A stretch of DNA of 64,000 bases from Verrucomicrobiota bacterium. GTDB lineage: Bacteria > Verrucomicrobiota > Kiritimatiellia > Kiritimatiellales > Tichowtungiaceae. The position numbers and the translations under genes were made by a program. This document shows positions 17,466 to 25,608 of the stretch, in pieces. How positions within the stretch are numbered: position 1 is the stretch's first letter; every line of letters starts with the position of its first letter. The stretch lies in assembly GCA_030153935.1 (NCBI GenBank), contig JASKKX010000001.1, forward strand, positions 7,901 through 71,900, read 5' to 3'. The notes below the pieces were generated by a model, which was not told the DNA's origin, searched no databases, and saw only the letters and a list, made by a program, of their open reading frames with translations.

Positions 17466-17499
17466 GTTACCGCCGGTGCGGTAGCGCACCGGCGGTAAC
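17466..17499. repeat. perfect 15-bp GC-rich hairpin (loop GTAG)
   Basis: GTTACCGCCGGTGCG gtag CGCACCGGCGGTAAC. Lies between the lipoprotein stop and the csbD-like start. No flanking T-run on either strand, so it is not a canonical terminator. Confidence 0.7.
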
Positions 17500-17530
17500 A
17501 AAACCAGGCATAATGAAAGGGACAAGCATC

Positions 17531-17791
17531 ATGAACGGCAAAACAGATATCGCGAAGGGTCGGGCCGAAGAAGCGGCGGGGGCACTGGCCGACAACGACA
17601 AACTGCGCGGTAAAGGCAAGACGGATCAGGCGGTTGGTCAGACAAAGGAAACTGCCAGGAAAGCCGTCGACAAGGTCGCGAAACGAATGCGCAGGTTAAT
17701 TGGCCGGGGATCGTGCCTCATCCTGACTGAAGATGTGAATCAGAAACAGGCCCTCCAGCCTCCCGAAACGGAAAGGAAAAAGAAATGTTAA
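17531..17791 (+). CDS. CsbD-family general stress protein (with about 25-aa C-terminal extension)
   Basis: GKTDIAKGRAEEAAGALADNDKLRGKGKTDQAVGQTKETARKAVDKV follows the CsbD repeat pattern (KGK..E..G......L...GK.DQ..GK). ATG at 17531 preferred over 17513. Confidence 0.7.
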   Translation: MNGKTDIAKGRAEEAAGALADNDKLRGKGKTDQAVGQTKETARKAVDKVAKRMRRLIGRGSCLILTEDVNQKQALQPPETERKKKC

Positions 17792-17940
17792 GCACGATTC
17801 TTCTGATTTTAGTGGTTCTTATGCTTATTGGCGCGCTGCCTGCCTGGCCGCACAGCAAAACGTGGGGATACTACCCAAGCGGCGGGCTTGGACTCGTTGT
17901 TCTGATTATTCTCCTGCTGGTTCTTACGGGCCGGCTTTAG
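17785..17940 (+). CDS. DUF3309-family small membrane protein (51 aa)
   Basis: MLSTILLILVVLMLIGALPAWPHSKTWGYYPSGGLGLVVLIILLLVLTGRL matches the family pattern (...LP.WP.S..WGY.PSGGLG...). Overlaps the csbD-like stop by 7 nt. Below the ORF-track cutoff. Confidence 0.8.
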   Translation: MLSTILLILVVLMLIGALPAWPHSKTWGYYPSGGLGLVVLIILLLVLTGRL

Positions 17941-18062
17941 AGATTAAAGAGGCTCCCTCATCATATAATGCGGTGTCCAAATACTGTTCCGTCCAGTGCG
18001 TTGCGCAGGCAATGTGGCTGGAATTGAAACAGCACCGTACCCGGGCGGGCATTTTTTGCAAT

Positions 18063-18333
18063 TTACGCATGAATGAATGAAAGAATATCCGCCTTTAACC
18101 CGTCGATCCTACAGGACGGGATAAAGACGATCTCTACGCGTTCTTTGCTTCCTTCTGCCCCATTTCTTGACCAATTTCCCATGATGAACTTTAAAGTTGT
18201 CCACGATCACGAAGACCTTTCTCATCGCTCCAAAGGATGACGGCTCCTTCCCGGACGGCGCGTTCCCTGATTTCGGGATAGACCTCGTTGAGCCATTTGT
18301 CGATTGCCGCAGGGCGCTGTTCCGCTGTGCTCA
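18063..18333 (-). pseudogene. IS630-family (DDE_3) transposase relic: internal deletion and frameshifts, both ends missing
   Basis: rc reads MSTAEQRPAAIDKWLNEVYPEIRERAVREGAVILWSDEKG, then a stop. In shifted frames it reads VFVIVDNFKVHHGKLVKKW and ERVEIVFIPS. These match the IS630 blocks ...A.EQ.P.AI..W....YPEI...A...GA.I.F.DE / ..ILDN...H.SK.V..W / .I...FLP.YSPELNP. Weak HTH-like similarity may continue to about 18700. Confidence 0.65.
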
Positions 18334-18730
18334 TCGGAGGCTCCCGATTTTATCAGCGAGAACCATCAGGTTCTGGAGGTGATGCGCACGATTCATCAGG
18401 CGACAGATCGGAATGGAGCGGCACCTCGCGATACTGGCCGGACACAGGGTCACGGCCTCAAAGCGGTTGTACGGGGTTATGGAGTTTTGCTGTTACGCGC
18501 TGGTCGACGGTGTGGGGGCGCTGCTCTCACGCATCCGGCCGAAAAAGACGGATCCATCGCCGGAAAGGTCTCCGGAAGGCCGTCAGATCGCCTCAAACAA
18601 TGGGGAAGGTCCTTTTCCCAACGGACTTGACACTGCTCGCAGGTTTTCTTATATTCTTTGTGTTGAGTGACTTGCTGAAGCGGGTTGCTCTCTTTTGAAA
18701 CGACGGAATGCGCGAATGGCATTCAAGAAG

Positions 18731-18760
18731 GTCAGGGATTCGACTCCCTTATCTCCACCA
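18731..18760 (+). other. tRNA/tmRNA-like 3' end (T-arm + acceptor 3' strand + ACCA) without a recognisable 5' partner
   Basis: GGTCAGGGATTCGACTCCCTTATCTCCACCA resembles the tmRNA/tRNA 3' consensus GGAC-NNGGG-TTCGA(A/C)T-CCCNN-NNNCTCC-ACCA, with one extra A in the T-stem/loop. No cloverleaf can be drawn in the preceding 95 nt. Confidence 0.45.
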
Positions 18761-18793
18761 GTCTTCGCAACGGGGAAAGTGAATGGCGAAGAC
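18761..18793 (+). terminator. 8-bp perfect hairpin immediately after the CCA end (possible relic terminator)
   Basis: GTCTTCGC (17-nt loop) GCGAAGAC, starting at the base after ...CCACCA. No T-run follows. Confidence 0.35.
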
Positions 18794-18814
18794 TGTACGC
18801 CGGAGCTTTAATCA

Positions 18815-19384
18815 ATGACACGCCCGAGAATCCAGCTTCCGTTTCACTGGCCCGATCCGCCGATTAACCTGGTCCTGGTGGAACCGGAAATCCCGCAGAA
18901 TACCGGTAACATCGCCCGGCTGTGCGCCGCAACCGGGACGACGCTGAATCTGATTGAACCGCTCGGGTTCCGCCTTACCGACAAAGCCGTTAAACGGGCC
19001 GGCCTCGACTACTGGGACTCTGTTGATATCCGCCGGTTCCCGAATCTTGAAACATTTCAGGATAAAGTTTCCGCCGCTCGAACCCGAGCACAGCGGGAGA
19101 GGCCGCGCGAATGCGGGGCAGTGACTGAAAGGAGCGGCAATTTCTTCTTCAGTACCTCGGGATCCCGGAGCTACACCGATGCGGAATACCGTCCGGGTGA
19201 CTGCCTGATCTTCGGCAGCGAAAGCCGCGGACTGCCACTGGAACTGCTCGAAGCGCATCCGGACGACGTATACAATATTCCGATGCGACTGGACCGGGTC
19301 CGCTCTCTCAATCTCGCCAACACCGCAGCCATTGTGCTTTATGAAGCCCTGAGGCAATGCAGCCGCCGTCACGGATCAATTTAA
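18815..19384 (+). CDS. trmL: tRNA (cytidine/uridine-2'-O-)-methyltransferase TrmL (SpoU/TrmH class, YibK type)
   Basis: LVLVEPEIPQNTGNIARLCAATG...LIEPLGF...KRAGLDYW...LIFGSESRGLP...IPM...RSLNLANTAAIVLYEALRQ aligns with E. coli TrmL from memory. Carries a 17-aa N-extension and an insertion of about 20 aa (VSAARTRAQRERPRECGAVTE). Confidence 0.85.
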   Translation: MTRPRIQLPFHWPDPPINLVLVEPEIPQNTGNIARLCAATGTTLNLIEPLGFRLTDKAVKRAGLDYWDSVDIRRFPNLETFQDKVSAARTRAQRERPRECGAVTERSGNFFFSTSGSRSYTDAEYRPGDCLIFGSESRGLPLELLEAHPDDVYNIPMRLDRVRSLNLANTAAIVLYEALRQCSRRHGSI

Positions 19385-19451
19385 AATTTGAACATTCTTC
19401 GTGAAGGAATAGTCTCTTCCCCTCGAATCTGTTCACAAAGGAGATTTCCAT

Positions 19452-20438
19452 ATGGCAGGCATAGAAGTGATCAATCAAAAAATACGTGAAGAAAGTGCAT
19501 TCATCCCCTCTCTCAAGGCTGAAATCGGAAAAGTCATCGTCGGACAGGATTACCTGATAGACCGCCTCATTATCGGCATGCTGGCCAACGGCCATGTTCT
19601 GCTCGAGGGGGTTCCGGGACTGGCCAAGACGCTGACGGTTAAAACACTGGCTTCCGTGCTTAAAACCTCTTTCCACCGCATTCAGTTCACCCCCGACCTT
19701 CTTCCTGCCGACCTGATCGGAACGCTGATCTACAACCCGAAAGAATCGGACTTTTTCACCAAAAAAGGACCTGTCTTTGCCAACATCATTCTGGCGGACG
19801 AAATCAACCGTGCTCCCGCCAAAGTACAGAGTGCTCTGCTTGAAGCGATGCAGGAGCATCAGGTGACCATCGGAGATCAGACCTTCCATCTTCCGGAGCC
19901 CTTCCTGGTGATGGCGACCGAAAATCCGATCGAACAGGAAGGCACCTATCCCCTGCCCGAAGCGCAGGTCGACCGTTTCATGCTCAAACTTAAAATCGAT
20001 TATCCATCCTTCGACGAAGAGCGCCGTATTCTCAATCGGATGGCCTGCACGGAAACCGACATTTCCGTTCAGTCCATCATTGATCCGAAAGTCATTCTGC
20101 GCGCGCGCCGGATGGTCGATGAAATTTATATGGACGATAAAATCAAGGATTATATCCTCAGCATCGTCTTCGCCACGCGCGACCCGGAAAAATACGGATT
20201 GGACATCAAAGAATACCTGCGCTACGGCGCCAGCCCGCGCGCCACCATCGCCCTGACCGTTGGCTCCCGCGCCCACGCCTTCCTGCAGGGCCGCGGCTAT
20301 GTCACCCCGCAGGACGTCAAGTCCATGGCTCCCGACATCCTGCGCCATCGCATTATCGTCTCCTATGAGGCGGAGGCGGAAGAACTGACGTCGGAACATC
20401 TGATCGATAAAGTCCTCAGCGAAATTCCGGTCCCGTAA
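19452..20438 (+). CDS. MoxR-family AAA+ ATPase (first gene of Bat-type operon)
   Basis: 328-aa ORF. GHVLLEGVPGLAKT (Walker A), ILADEINRA (Walker B), VMATENPIEQEGTYPLPEAQVDRF, GASPRA. Confidence 0.9.
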   Translation: MAGIEVINQKIREESAFIPSLKAEIGKVIVGQDYLIDRLIIGMLANGHVLLEGVPGLAKTLTVKTLASVLKTSFHRIQFTPDLLPADLIGTLIYNPKESDFFTKKGPVFANIILADEINRAPAKVQSALLEAMQEHQVTIGDQTFHLPEPFLVMATENPIEQEGTYPLPEAQVDRFMLKLKIDYPSFDEERRILNRMACTETDISVQSIIDPKVILRARRMVDEIYMDDKIKDYILSIVFATRDPEKYGLDIKEYLRYGASPRATIALTVGSRAHAFLQGRGYVTPQDVKSMAPDILRHRIIVSYEAEAEELTSEHLIDKVLSEIPVP

Positions 20439-20480
20439 ATCCGTCCCGCCGGATGGTTTTTGACTGCCGACAGGAGAATC

Positions 20481-21368
20481 ATGGCTGCAGCTGATCATAA
20501 AGAACTTTTGAAAAAAGTCCGCCGGATCGAGATTAAAACCCGGCATGCCGTCAACGACATCTTTGCCGGGCGTTATCACAGCGTCTTCAAGGGCCGCGGG
20601 ATGGAATTCGACGAAGTGCGCGAATATTTCCCCGGCGACGATATCCGCGCCATTGACTGGAACGTCACCGCCCGGACCGGCGTGCCGCATATCAAAAAAT
20701 TCGTCGAAGAGCGCGAAATGACGGTCATGCTGCTTGTTGACATCAGCAGTTCCAACGACTTCGGCAGCACGCCGCAGCTTAAACGGGATCTCGCCGCTGA
20801 AGTCGCCGCGACACTTGCCTTTTCCGCGACCCGGAACAACGACCGCATCGGACTGATTCTTTTTTCCGATCAGGTCGAAAAATATATCCCGCCGCGCAAA
20901 GGCACCCCGCACGTCCTGCGCATCATTCGCGAAGTGCTCGATCATCGCCCGCTCAGTAAAAAAACCGACGCCCGCCCCGTCCTCGATTTTCTCAACCACA
21001 CCACCACCCGGAAAACGATCACGTTTCTGGTCAGCGATTTTATTTTTCCGCCCGGTTACGAACGGGCCATGAAGGTCACCGCCCGGCGGCACGACCTGAT
21101 TGCCGTCTCAATTGTCGACCGTCACGAACGCGCCTGGCCGAAAGCGGGGCTGATCGAATGGCAGGATCCGGAAAGCGGGAAACGTGTTCTTGTCAACACC
21201 TCTTCCGCCGCCGTACGGCGCTCATTGCTGCTCGCTCAGGAGCAGCGCAGCGACATCCTGCGCCGTACGCTGCGCCGCGCCGGAATAGACAGGATTGAAC
21301 TTTTCACCGGGGAGCCCTATGACAAAGCCTTCATGAAATTTTTCCGTCAGCGGAGCCGGAGACGATGA
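20481..21368 (+). CDS. DUF58 domain-containing protein (MoxR partner, degenerate VWA fold)
   Basis: GRYHSVFKGRGMEFDEVREYFPGDDIRAIDWNVTARTG is the DUF58 signature. ATG at 20481 with AGGAG at 20472-20476; the track ORF opens at 20460 on TTG. Confidence 0.85.
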   Translation: MAAADHKELLKKVRRIEIKTRHAVNDIFAGRYHSVFKGRGMEFDEVREYFPGDDIRAIDWNVTARTGVPHIKKFVEEREMTVMLLVDISSSNDFGSTPQLKRDLAAEVAATLAFSATRNNDRIGLILFSDQVEKYIPPRKGTPHVLRIIREVLDHRPLSKKTDARPVLDFLNHTTTRKTITFLVSDFIFPPGYERAMKVTARRHDLIAVSIVDRHERAWPKAGLIEWQDPESGKRVLVNTSSAAVRRSLLLAQEQRSDILRRTLRRAGIDRIELFTGEPYDKAFMKFFRQRSRRR

Positions 21369-22318
21369 AACGCGGAATTCAATATTTAAAATTTGCCGCC
21401 GCCGCTGTTCTGCTGCTGAGCGGTTGCGGCAGGGAGACGGCATTACTCCCTGCTGAAGGCTTCGCCGCACAGGCGAAACTGAGCACCAATGTGATTCATG
21501 TCGGAGACCCGGTCACCCTCACCTTGATCGCCCGTCATTCAACCGGCAGTGTCGTTCGTTTTCCAGCCATTGGAAACGGCAAAACAGTGATGGTGCGCAA
21601 CCGCGCCAGCGAAAACCGGCCGATTGCTGACAATATTCTGGAATCGAAAGAAACCTATCAGCTGACCTCTTTCCGTGTCGGCGACTGGCCGATCACGACC
21701 AATGTCACAGCCTGTACTTTTCCGGACGGAACTGAAAAAAAGCAGGCTTTGAATGAGCTCATCCTGCATGTCGAAAGTTCACTGAACCCCACCAATACGG
21801 TAATCCTTTCCGATATTAAAGGAATCGTCCGCCCTCCGCTGCGGTTCCCACCGAAACTCTGGGTATCCCTGCTGATCGTCCTGCTTGCGCTGCTGGCCGG
21901 ATTCCTGACCATCGCCTTCCTGAGGAAACCGCGCACCGTCCGGCAGACGACTCCGCCGCAGCCCCCCGAGGTAATCGCCAGGCAGGCCCTCAGCGCCCTG
22001 CGCGGAAAAGCGTGGAGACCGGAACCTTTCTTCACCGAGCTGTCCCTGATTCTGCGCACCTATCTTGAAAACCGGTTCAAGCTCAACGCCCCGGAATCGA
22101 CCACCGAAGAACTGACCCGTACGATGTCGTTCGATGCCCGTCTCGAACCGGAGCAGCAGCAGACGCTGCGCAATTTCATGATCCAGGCCGACCTGGTTAA
22201 ATTCGCCCGTGCCGATGCGGAACAGGAAGTCATGCAAAACGCTTTTACGACCGTCGAACATTTTGTCGAGCAGACGAAAGAACCGCCCGCTGAACCGCAA
22301 AAAGGGAGCCGCAAATGA
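21365..22318 (+). CDS. Bat-operon membrane protein: lipoprotein-type N-domain + TM + DUF4381-like C-terminal region
   Basis: 317-aa ORF translationally coupled on both sides (4-nt overlaps). Lipobox LLSGC, central TM LWVSLLIVLLALLAGFLTIAFL, followed by the helical segment seen in the small TM protein usually found at this operon position. Confidence 0.6.
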   Translation: MKRGIQYLKFAAAAVLLLSGCGRETALLPAEGFAAQAKLSTNVIHVGDPVTLTLIARHSTGSVVRFPAIGNGKTVMVRNRASENRPIADNILESKETYQLTSFRVGDWPITTNVTACTFPDGTEKKQALNELILHVESSLNPTNTVILSDIKGIVRPPLRFPPKLWVSLLIVLLALLAGFLTIAFLRKPRTVRQTTPPQPPEVIARQALSALRGKAWRPEPFFTELSLILRTYLENRFKLNAPESTTEELTRTMSFDARLEPEQQQTLRNFMIQADLVKFARADAEQEVMQNAFTTVEHFVEQTKEPPAEPQKGSRK

Positions 22319-23286
22319 GATTCGCCCATCCTTGGCTGCTTTTGCTGCTGCTGCTGATTCCGGTGCTGCTCTGGCGGCGCGCACGCCGCCGCCATGCGGC
22401 GGTTCATTTTCCCGACAGTGATCTGCTGAACGATCTGCCGGTCAGTCTCTCCGTACGTCTCCAGCCGCTGCTGCAGCTGTTTTACGTCCTCGGGCTGGTC
22501 TGCCTGATTGTCGCCATCGCCCGCCCGCAGCACGAACTGCAGGAAAGCCGCGTCAATACCGAAGGCGTGGATATCGTGCTGCTGCTCGACCTTTCCACCT
22601 CCATGGATATCCCCGACTTTTCACGCAATGGACAGCGCCAGACCCGCATCGATTCCGCCAAGCAGGTCATCAGCGATTTCATTGTCAAACGCAAAAACGA
22701 CCGCATCGGCCTGGTGGTCTTCTCCGCGCTGCCCTACTCCGTTGCGCCGCTGACACTCGACCACAGCTGGCTGGTGCAGCGCCTGGACGGACTGCACACC
22801 GGCATGCTGGAGGACGGCACCGCCATCGGCGATGCCATTGCCTCCGCCGTCAACCGGCTGCGCGACAGCGAAGCCAAAAGTCGCATCGTTATTCTGCTCA
22901 CCGACGGAATCAATAACCGCGGCGAGCTTTCTCCCGAAAATGCGGCACAGGCGGCGGCCTCATTCGGCATCAAAGTCTATACCATCGGTATCGGCGGCGG
23001 ACTGCCGGTCCGCCGGGGATTTTTCACTCTGCCGCCGCAGGAGATCGACGAAAGCACCCTCCGGCGCATCGCGGAGTTGAGCAAAGCGGAATATTTCCGC
23101 GCGCGTGATCTCCAAACGCTCGAAGAGGTGTACAATCAAATCGATAAACTGGAAAAAACTAAAATCGAAATGAAACAGTTTTCCCGTTATGAGGAGGCCG
23201 CCGGCAACTGGCTGATTGCCGCACTGGGTTTTCTGACTTTGGAAAAAATACTTTCACTTTCACGCTTCGGGAGGCTCCCTGAATGA
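22315..23286 (+). CDS. batA: VWA domain-containing membrane protein (BatA-like)
   Basis: Two N-terminal TM helices, MIDAS motif DLSTSMD, VILLTDGINN, C-terminal TM. 4-nt overlaps with neighbours. Confidence 0.85.
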   Translation: MRFAHPWLLLLLLLIPVLLWRRARRRHAAVHFPDSDLLNDLPVSLSVRLQPLLQLFYVLGLVCLIVAIARPQHELQESRVNTEGVDIVLLLDLSTSMDIPDFSRNGQRQTRIDSAKQVISDFIVKRKNDRIGLVVFSALPYSVAPLTLDHSWLVQRLDGLHTGMLEDGTAIGDAIASAVNRLRDSEAKSRIVILLTDGINNRGELSPENAAQAAASFGIKVYTIGIGGGLPVRRGFFTLPPQEIDESTLRRIAELSKAEYFRARDLQTLEEVYNQIDKLEKTKIEMKQFSRYEEAAGNWLIAALGFLTLEKILSLSRFGRLPE

Positions 23287-25109
23287 AATTCGGCGCTCCG
23301 GAATTTATCAAATGGCTTCTGCTGATCATCCCGCTGATTCTTCTGTTCGCAATCATGCAGCGGCAGCGCATGGCGCGGCTGGAACGACTGGTCTCCTCCG
23401 GTGTCTGGAGAACCGTCATTCCAGGCTACAGCAAAAAACGCAGCCGTAGCCGGACCGTTCTGCGGCTGATCGGCCTGTTCTGCATTCTGCTGGCACTCAC
23501 CCGCCCGCAGTGGGGTTCGCACTGGGAGGAAGTGAAACAGCGCGGCCTCGATATCATCGTCGTGCTGGATACGTCCAAGAGCATGCTGGCCGAGGACGTT
23601 AAACCCAACCGCCTGCAGCAGGCGCAATGGGCCGTACGCGATTTTGTCAAACACCTCAAAGGTGACCGGATCGGACTGGTGGCGTTCGCCGGCAGCAGTT
23701 TTCTGCAGTGCCCCCTCACCGTCGACTACGCCGCCTTCACAATGATGCTCGATGACCTTTATGTCGGCATTATCCCGCGCGGAGGCACGGCCATTGAACA
23801 GGCGCTGAAAACGGCGGACGACAGCTTCGACACGAAATCCGATGCCGACCGCGTGATCATCCTCATCACCGACGGCGAAGACCACGAAGGCGATCCGATG
23901 CGCATGGCCGAAGAACTGCACAAACAGGGAATCAAACTTTTTTCCATCGGCGTTGGAAGCGCAGACGGGGATTTGATTCCCACTCCCGAAGGGTATGTGA
24001 AAGACTCACAGGGTCGGATCGTCAAAACATCACTGAACGAACCCCTGCTTGAAAAACTGGCTTCTGAAACCGGCGGATTCTACGTCCGCTCCGCTCCCGG
24101 CGACTTCGGCCTCGACCGCATCTACAAGCTGGGCATCTCGGGGCTCCGCCGCGGCGAACAGGATACCCGCCTGGCAAAGGTGTACGAAGAACGCTTCGAC
24201 TGGTTCGCGGCGGCAGCTCTGTTCTTTCTGCTGGTCGAAGGCCTGCTCCGTCCATCCGGAAAAGTACTTCTGCTGCTGCTGCTGAGCACGGCAGCGCCGC
24301 ACGCCGATGCCTCGGAGTGGGCGAAGGCCTACCGTTCCGGCGACTATACCAACGCTCTCCGAACATTGGAAAAATCAGCGGCAAAGTTTCCCGACATTGA
24401 AAACTACAACCGCGGCAACATCCTCTTCCGCATGAACGATTTTCAGGGTGCGGAAAAAGCATATGCAAAGGCCGCCGAACAGACGGAAAATCCAAAGCTC
24501 AAAGAAAAAGCGCTCTATAACCGCGGCACCGCCCTGCTCGCGGAAGCCGTGCAGCAGAGTGCGCCGGTAAAGGCTGATGCTGACGTTTCCGCCGCCATGC
24601 AGGCGGTGGAACTTTTCGAGCGGGCGCTGCTGCTTAATCCCGACGATATTGCCGCCAAAGAAAATCTCGAACGGGCGGTCAACCTGATTGTTCAGAACCG
24701 GATTCAGACGGCGGCGGAACTGGTCCGGGATGCCGACGGAATGATGACGGCCTTCAAGGCGAAAGCCGCCAGGGAAAATTATGTCCAGGCCAAAAACCTG
24801 CTGAAACCGGTTCTGAACGACTTTTCACCGGGCAGCCCGGCCGCACAGGCACTGAGCCGGAAAGCGGATGAACAGCTGCGGCGGCTTGATGATGCAATCA
24901 AAAAGACTCGCAGTGATTTGGAACAAGCCAAACAGGCCATAGACGCATATGATTACAAGACCGCTGCCGATCTTATGATGGAGGATAAAGCCGCGCGGAA
25001 ACTGGCCTTTGATCTGGATCAAACACTCAAAGAAGAGTTCACGAAACTGATCGAAAACAACATGAATGTCATTAATATCGTTTATCCAGACAATCCGTTT
25101 AAATTATGA
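23283..25109 (+). CDS. batB: VWA + TPR domain membrane protein (BatB-like)
   Basis: 608-aa ORF. MIDAS VLDTSKSM, IILITDGEDHEG, a second TM, then TPR-like repeats (YNRGNILFRMNDFQGAEKAYAKA...). Confidence 0.85.
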   Translation: MKFGAPEFIKWLLLIIPLILLFAIMQRQRMARLERLVSSGVWRTVIPGYSKKRSRSRTVLRLIGLFCILLALTRPQWGSHWEEVKQRGLDIIVVLDTSKSMLAEDVKPNRLQQAQWAVRDFVKHLKGDRIGLVAFAGSSFLQCPLTVDYAAFTMMLDDLYVGIIPRGGTAIEQALKTADDSFDTKSDADRVIILITDGEDHEGDPMRMAEELHKQGIKLFSIGVGSADGDLIPTPEGYVKDSQGRIVKTSLNEPLLEKLASETGGFYVRSAPGDFGLDRIYKLGISGLRRGEQDTRLAKVYEERFDWFAAAALFFLLVEGLLRPSGKVLLLLLLSTAAPHADASEWAKAYRSGDYTNALRTLEKSAAKFPDIENYNRGNILFRMNDFQGAEKAYAKAAEQTENPKLKEKALYNRGTALLAEAVQQSAPVKADADVSAAMQAVELFERALLLNPDDIAAKENLERAVNLIVQNRIQTAAELVRDADGMMTAFKAKAARENYVQAKNLLKPVLNDFSPGSPAAQALSRKADEQLRRLDDAIKKTRSDLEQAKQAIDAYDYKTAADLMMEDKAARKLAFDLDQTLKEEFTKLIENNMNVINIVYPDNPFKL

Positions 25110-25597
25110 GCTTCCGGAACTCCATCTTGAGCGCCCTTTGCACTGCACTCTGCGTTTTCTGCACCGCGGCATCGGCGCAGACCGTCGAACAGCTGTTCAA
25201 TCCGGCGGCCAGGGAATATATCTACGGCAACACATCGGTTGCCAGCAATCTGGTTGAACAGGCTCTGCTGAAATTCCCTGAAAGCGAGAAACTGCAGAAA
25301 CTCAAAGAGCTGATCGATCAACAGAATGAACAGAAGCAGAAAAACCAACCGCAGAACCGAAATCAGCCACCGGACAATCCGAGCGATTCATCGGAGAAAC
25401 AGAATCCGCAGAACCCGCCGCCGGATCCAAACAAAAAACCTCCGGAACAGCAGCAGAATCAGCAACCGCCTGCCGGAGGAATGAGTCCCGCAGAAGCACA
25501 GCAGCTGCTGGATGCCATGAAGCAGAACGAGAGAGCTCAGCGAGCCGATTTGCGCCCTTATCTCGGACCGCCCGTACCGGTGGAAAAAGACTGGTAG
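25106..25597 (+). CDS. secreted TPR-like / Q,N,P-rich low-complexity protein (BatC-like position)
   Basis: 163-aa ORF. Signal peptide, one TPR-like helix pair, a long QNQPP low-complexity tract and a conserved-looking tail (SPAEAQQLLDAMKQNE...KDW). Confidence 0.6.
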   Translation: MSFRNSILSALCTALCVFCTAASAQTVEQLFNPAAREYIYGNTSVASNLVEQALLKFPESEKLQKLKELIDQQNEQKQKNQPQNRNQPPDNPSDSSEKQNPQNPPPDPNKKPPEQQQNQQPPAGGMSPAEAQQLLDAMKQNERAQRADLRPYLGPPVPVEKDW

Positions 25598-25608
25598 GAA
25601 TCTGAATC

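Noticed and set aside
17466-17499. GGTGCGGTAGCGCACC resembles the RNase P RNA segment GGUGCGGUAAGAGCGCACC.
   Set aside because: Only 140 nt of non-coding DNA are available between two solid genes. No GAGGAAAGUCC (CR-I) or other conserved RNase P blocks are present.
18545-18585. TCCGGAAGG-containing stretch reminiscent of SRP (4.5S) RNA domain IV.
   Set aside because: It lacks the conserved GGAAGCAGCC continuation and the symmetric-loop partner strand, and it lies inside transposase debris.
18375-18760. Full-length 386-nt tmRNA (ssrA) model, using GGAGGTG at 18375 as the 5' acceptor strand for the tRNA-like 3' end.
   Set aside because: The acceptor would have A3-U70 instead of G3-U70. I could not draw the P2 helix. 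No reading frame in the region ends in a tag-like ...(L/V)AA-stop. Part of the stretch has weak IS630 HTH-like coding similarity on the opposite strand. It is kept only as a 3'-end relic and needs a covariance-model check.
19308-21092. Very long antisense ORFs. This 594-aa minus-strand ORF lies opposite moxR/DUF58. The same pattern occurs at 656-1786(+), 15785-16864(-), 32158-33537(+), 37136-38194(+), 43469-44995(-), 50852-51919(+), 53689-54942(+) and 58353-59315(-).
   Set aside because: Each lies entirely opposite a gene with unmistakable family motifs. Each has a low-complexity, Arg/Gly/Pro-heavy composition with no recognisable motifs and no RBS context. These are typical shadow ORFs of GC-rich DNA.
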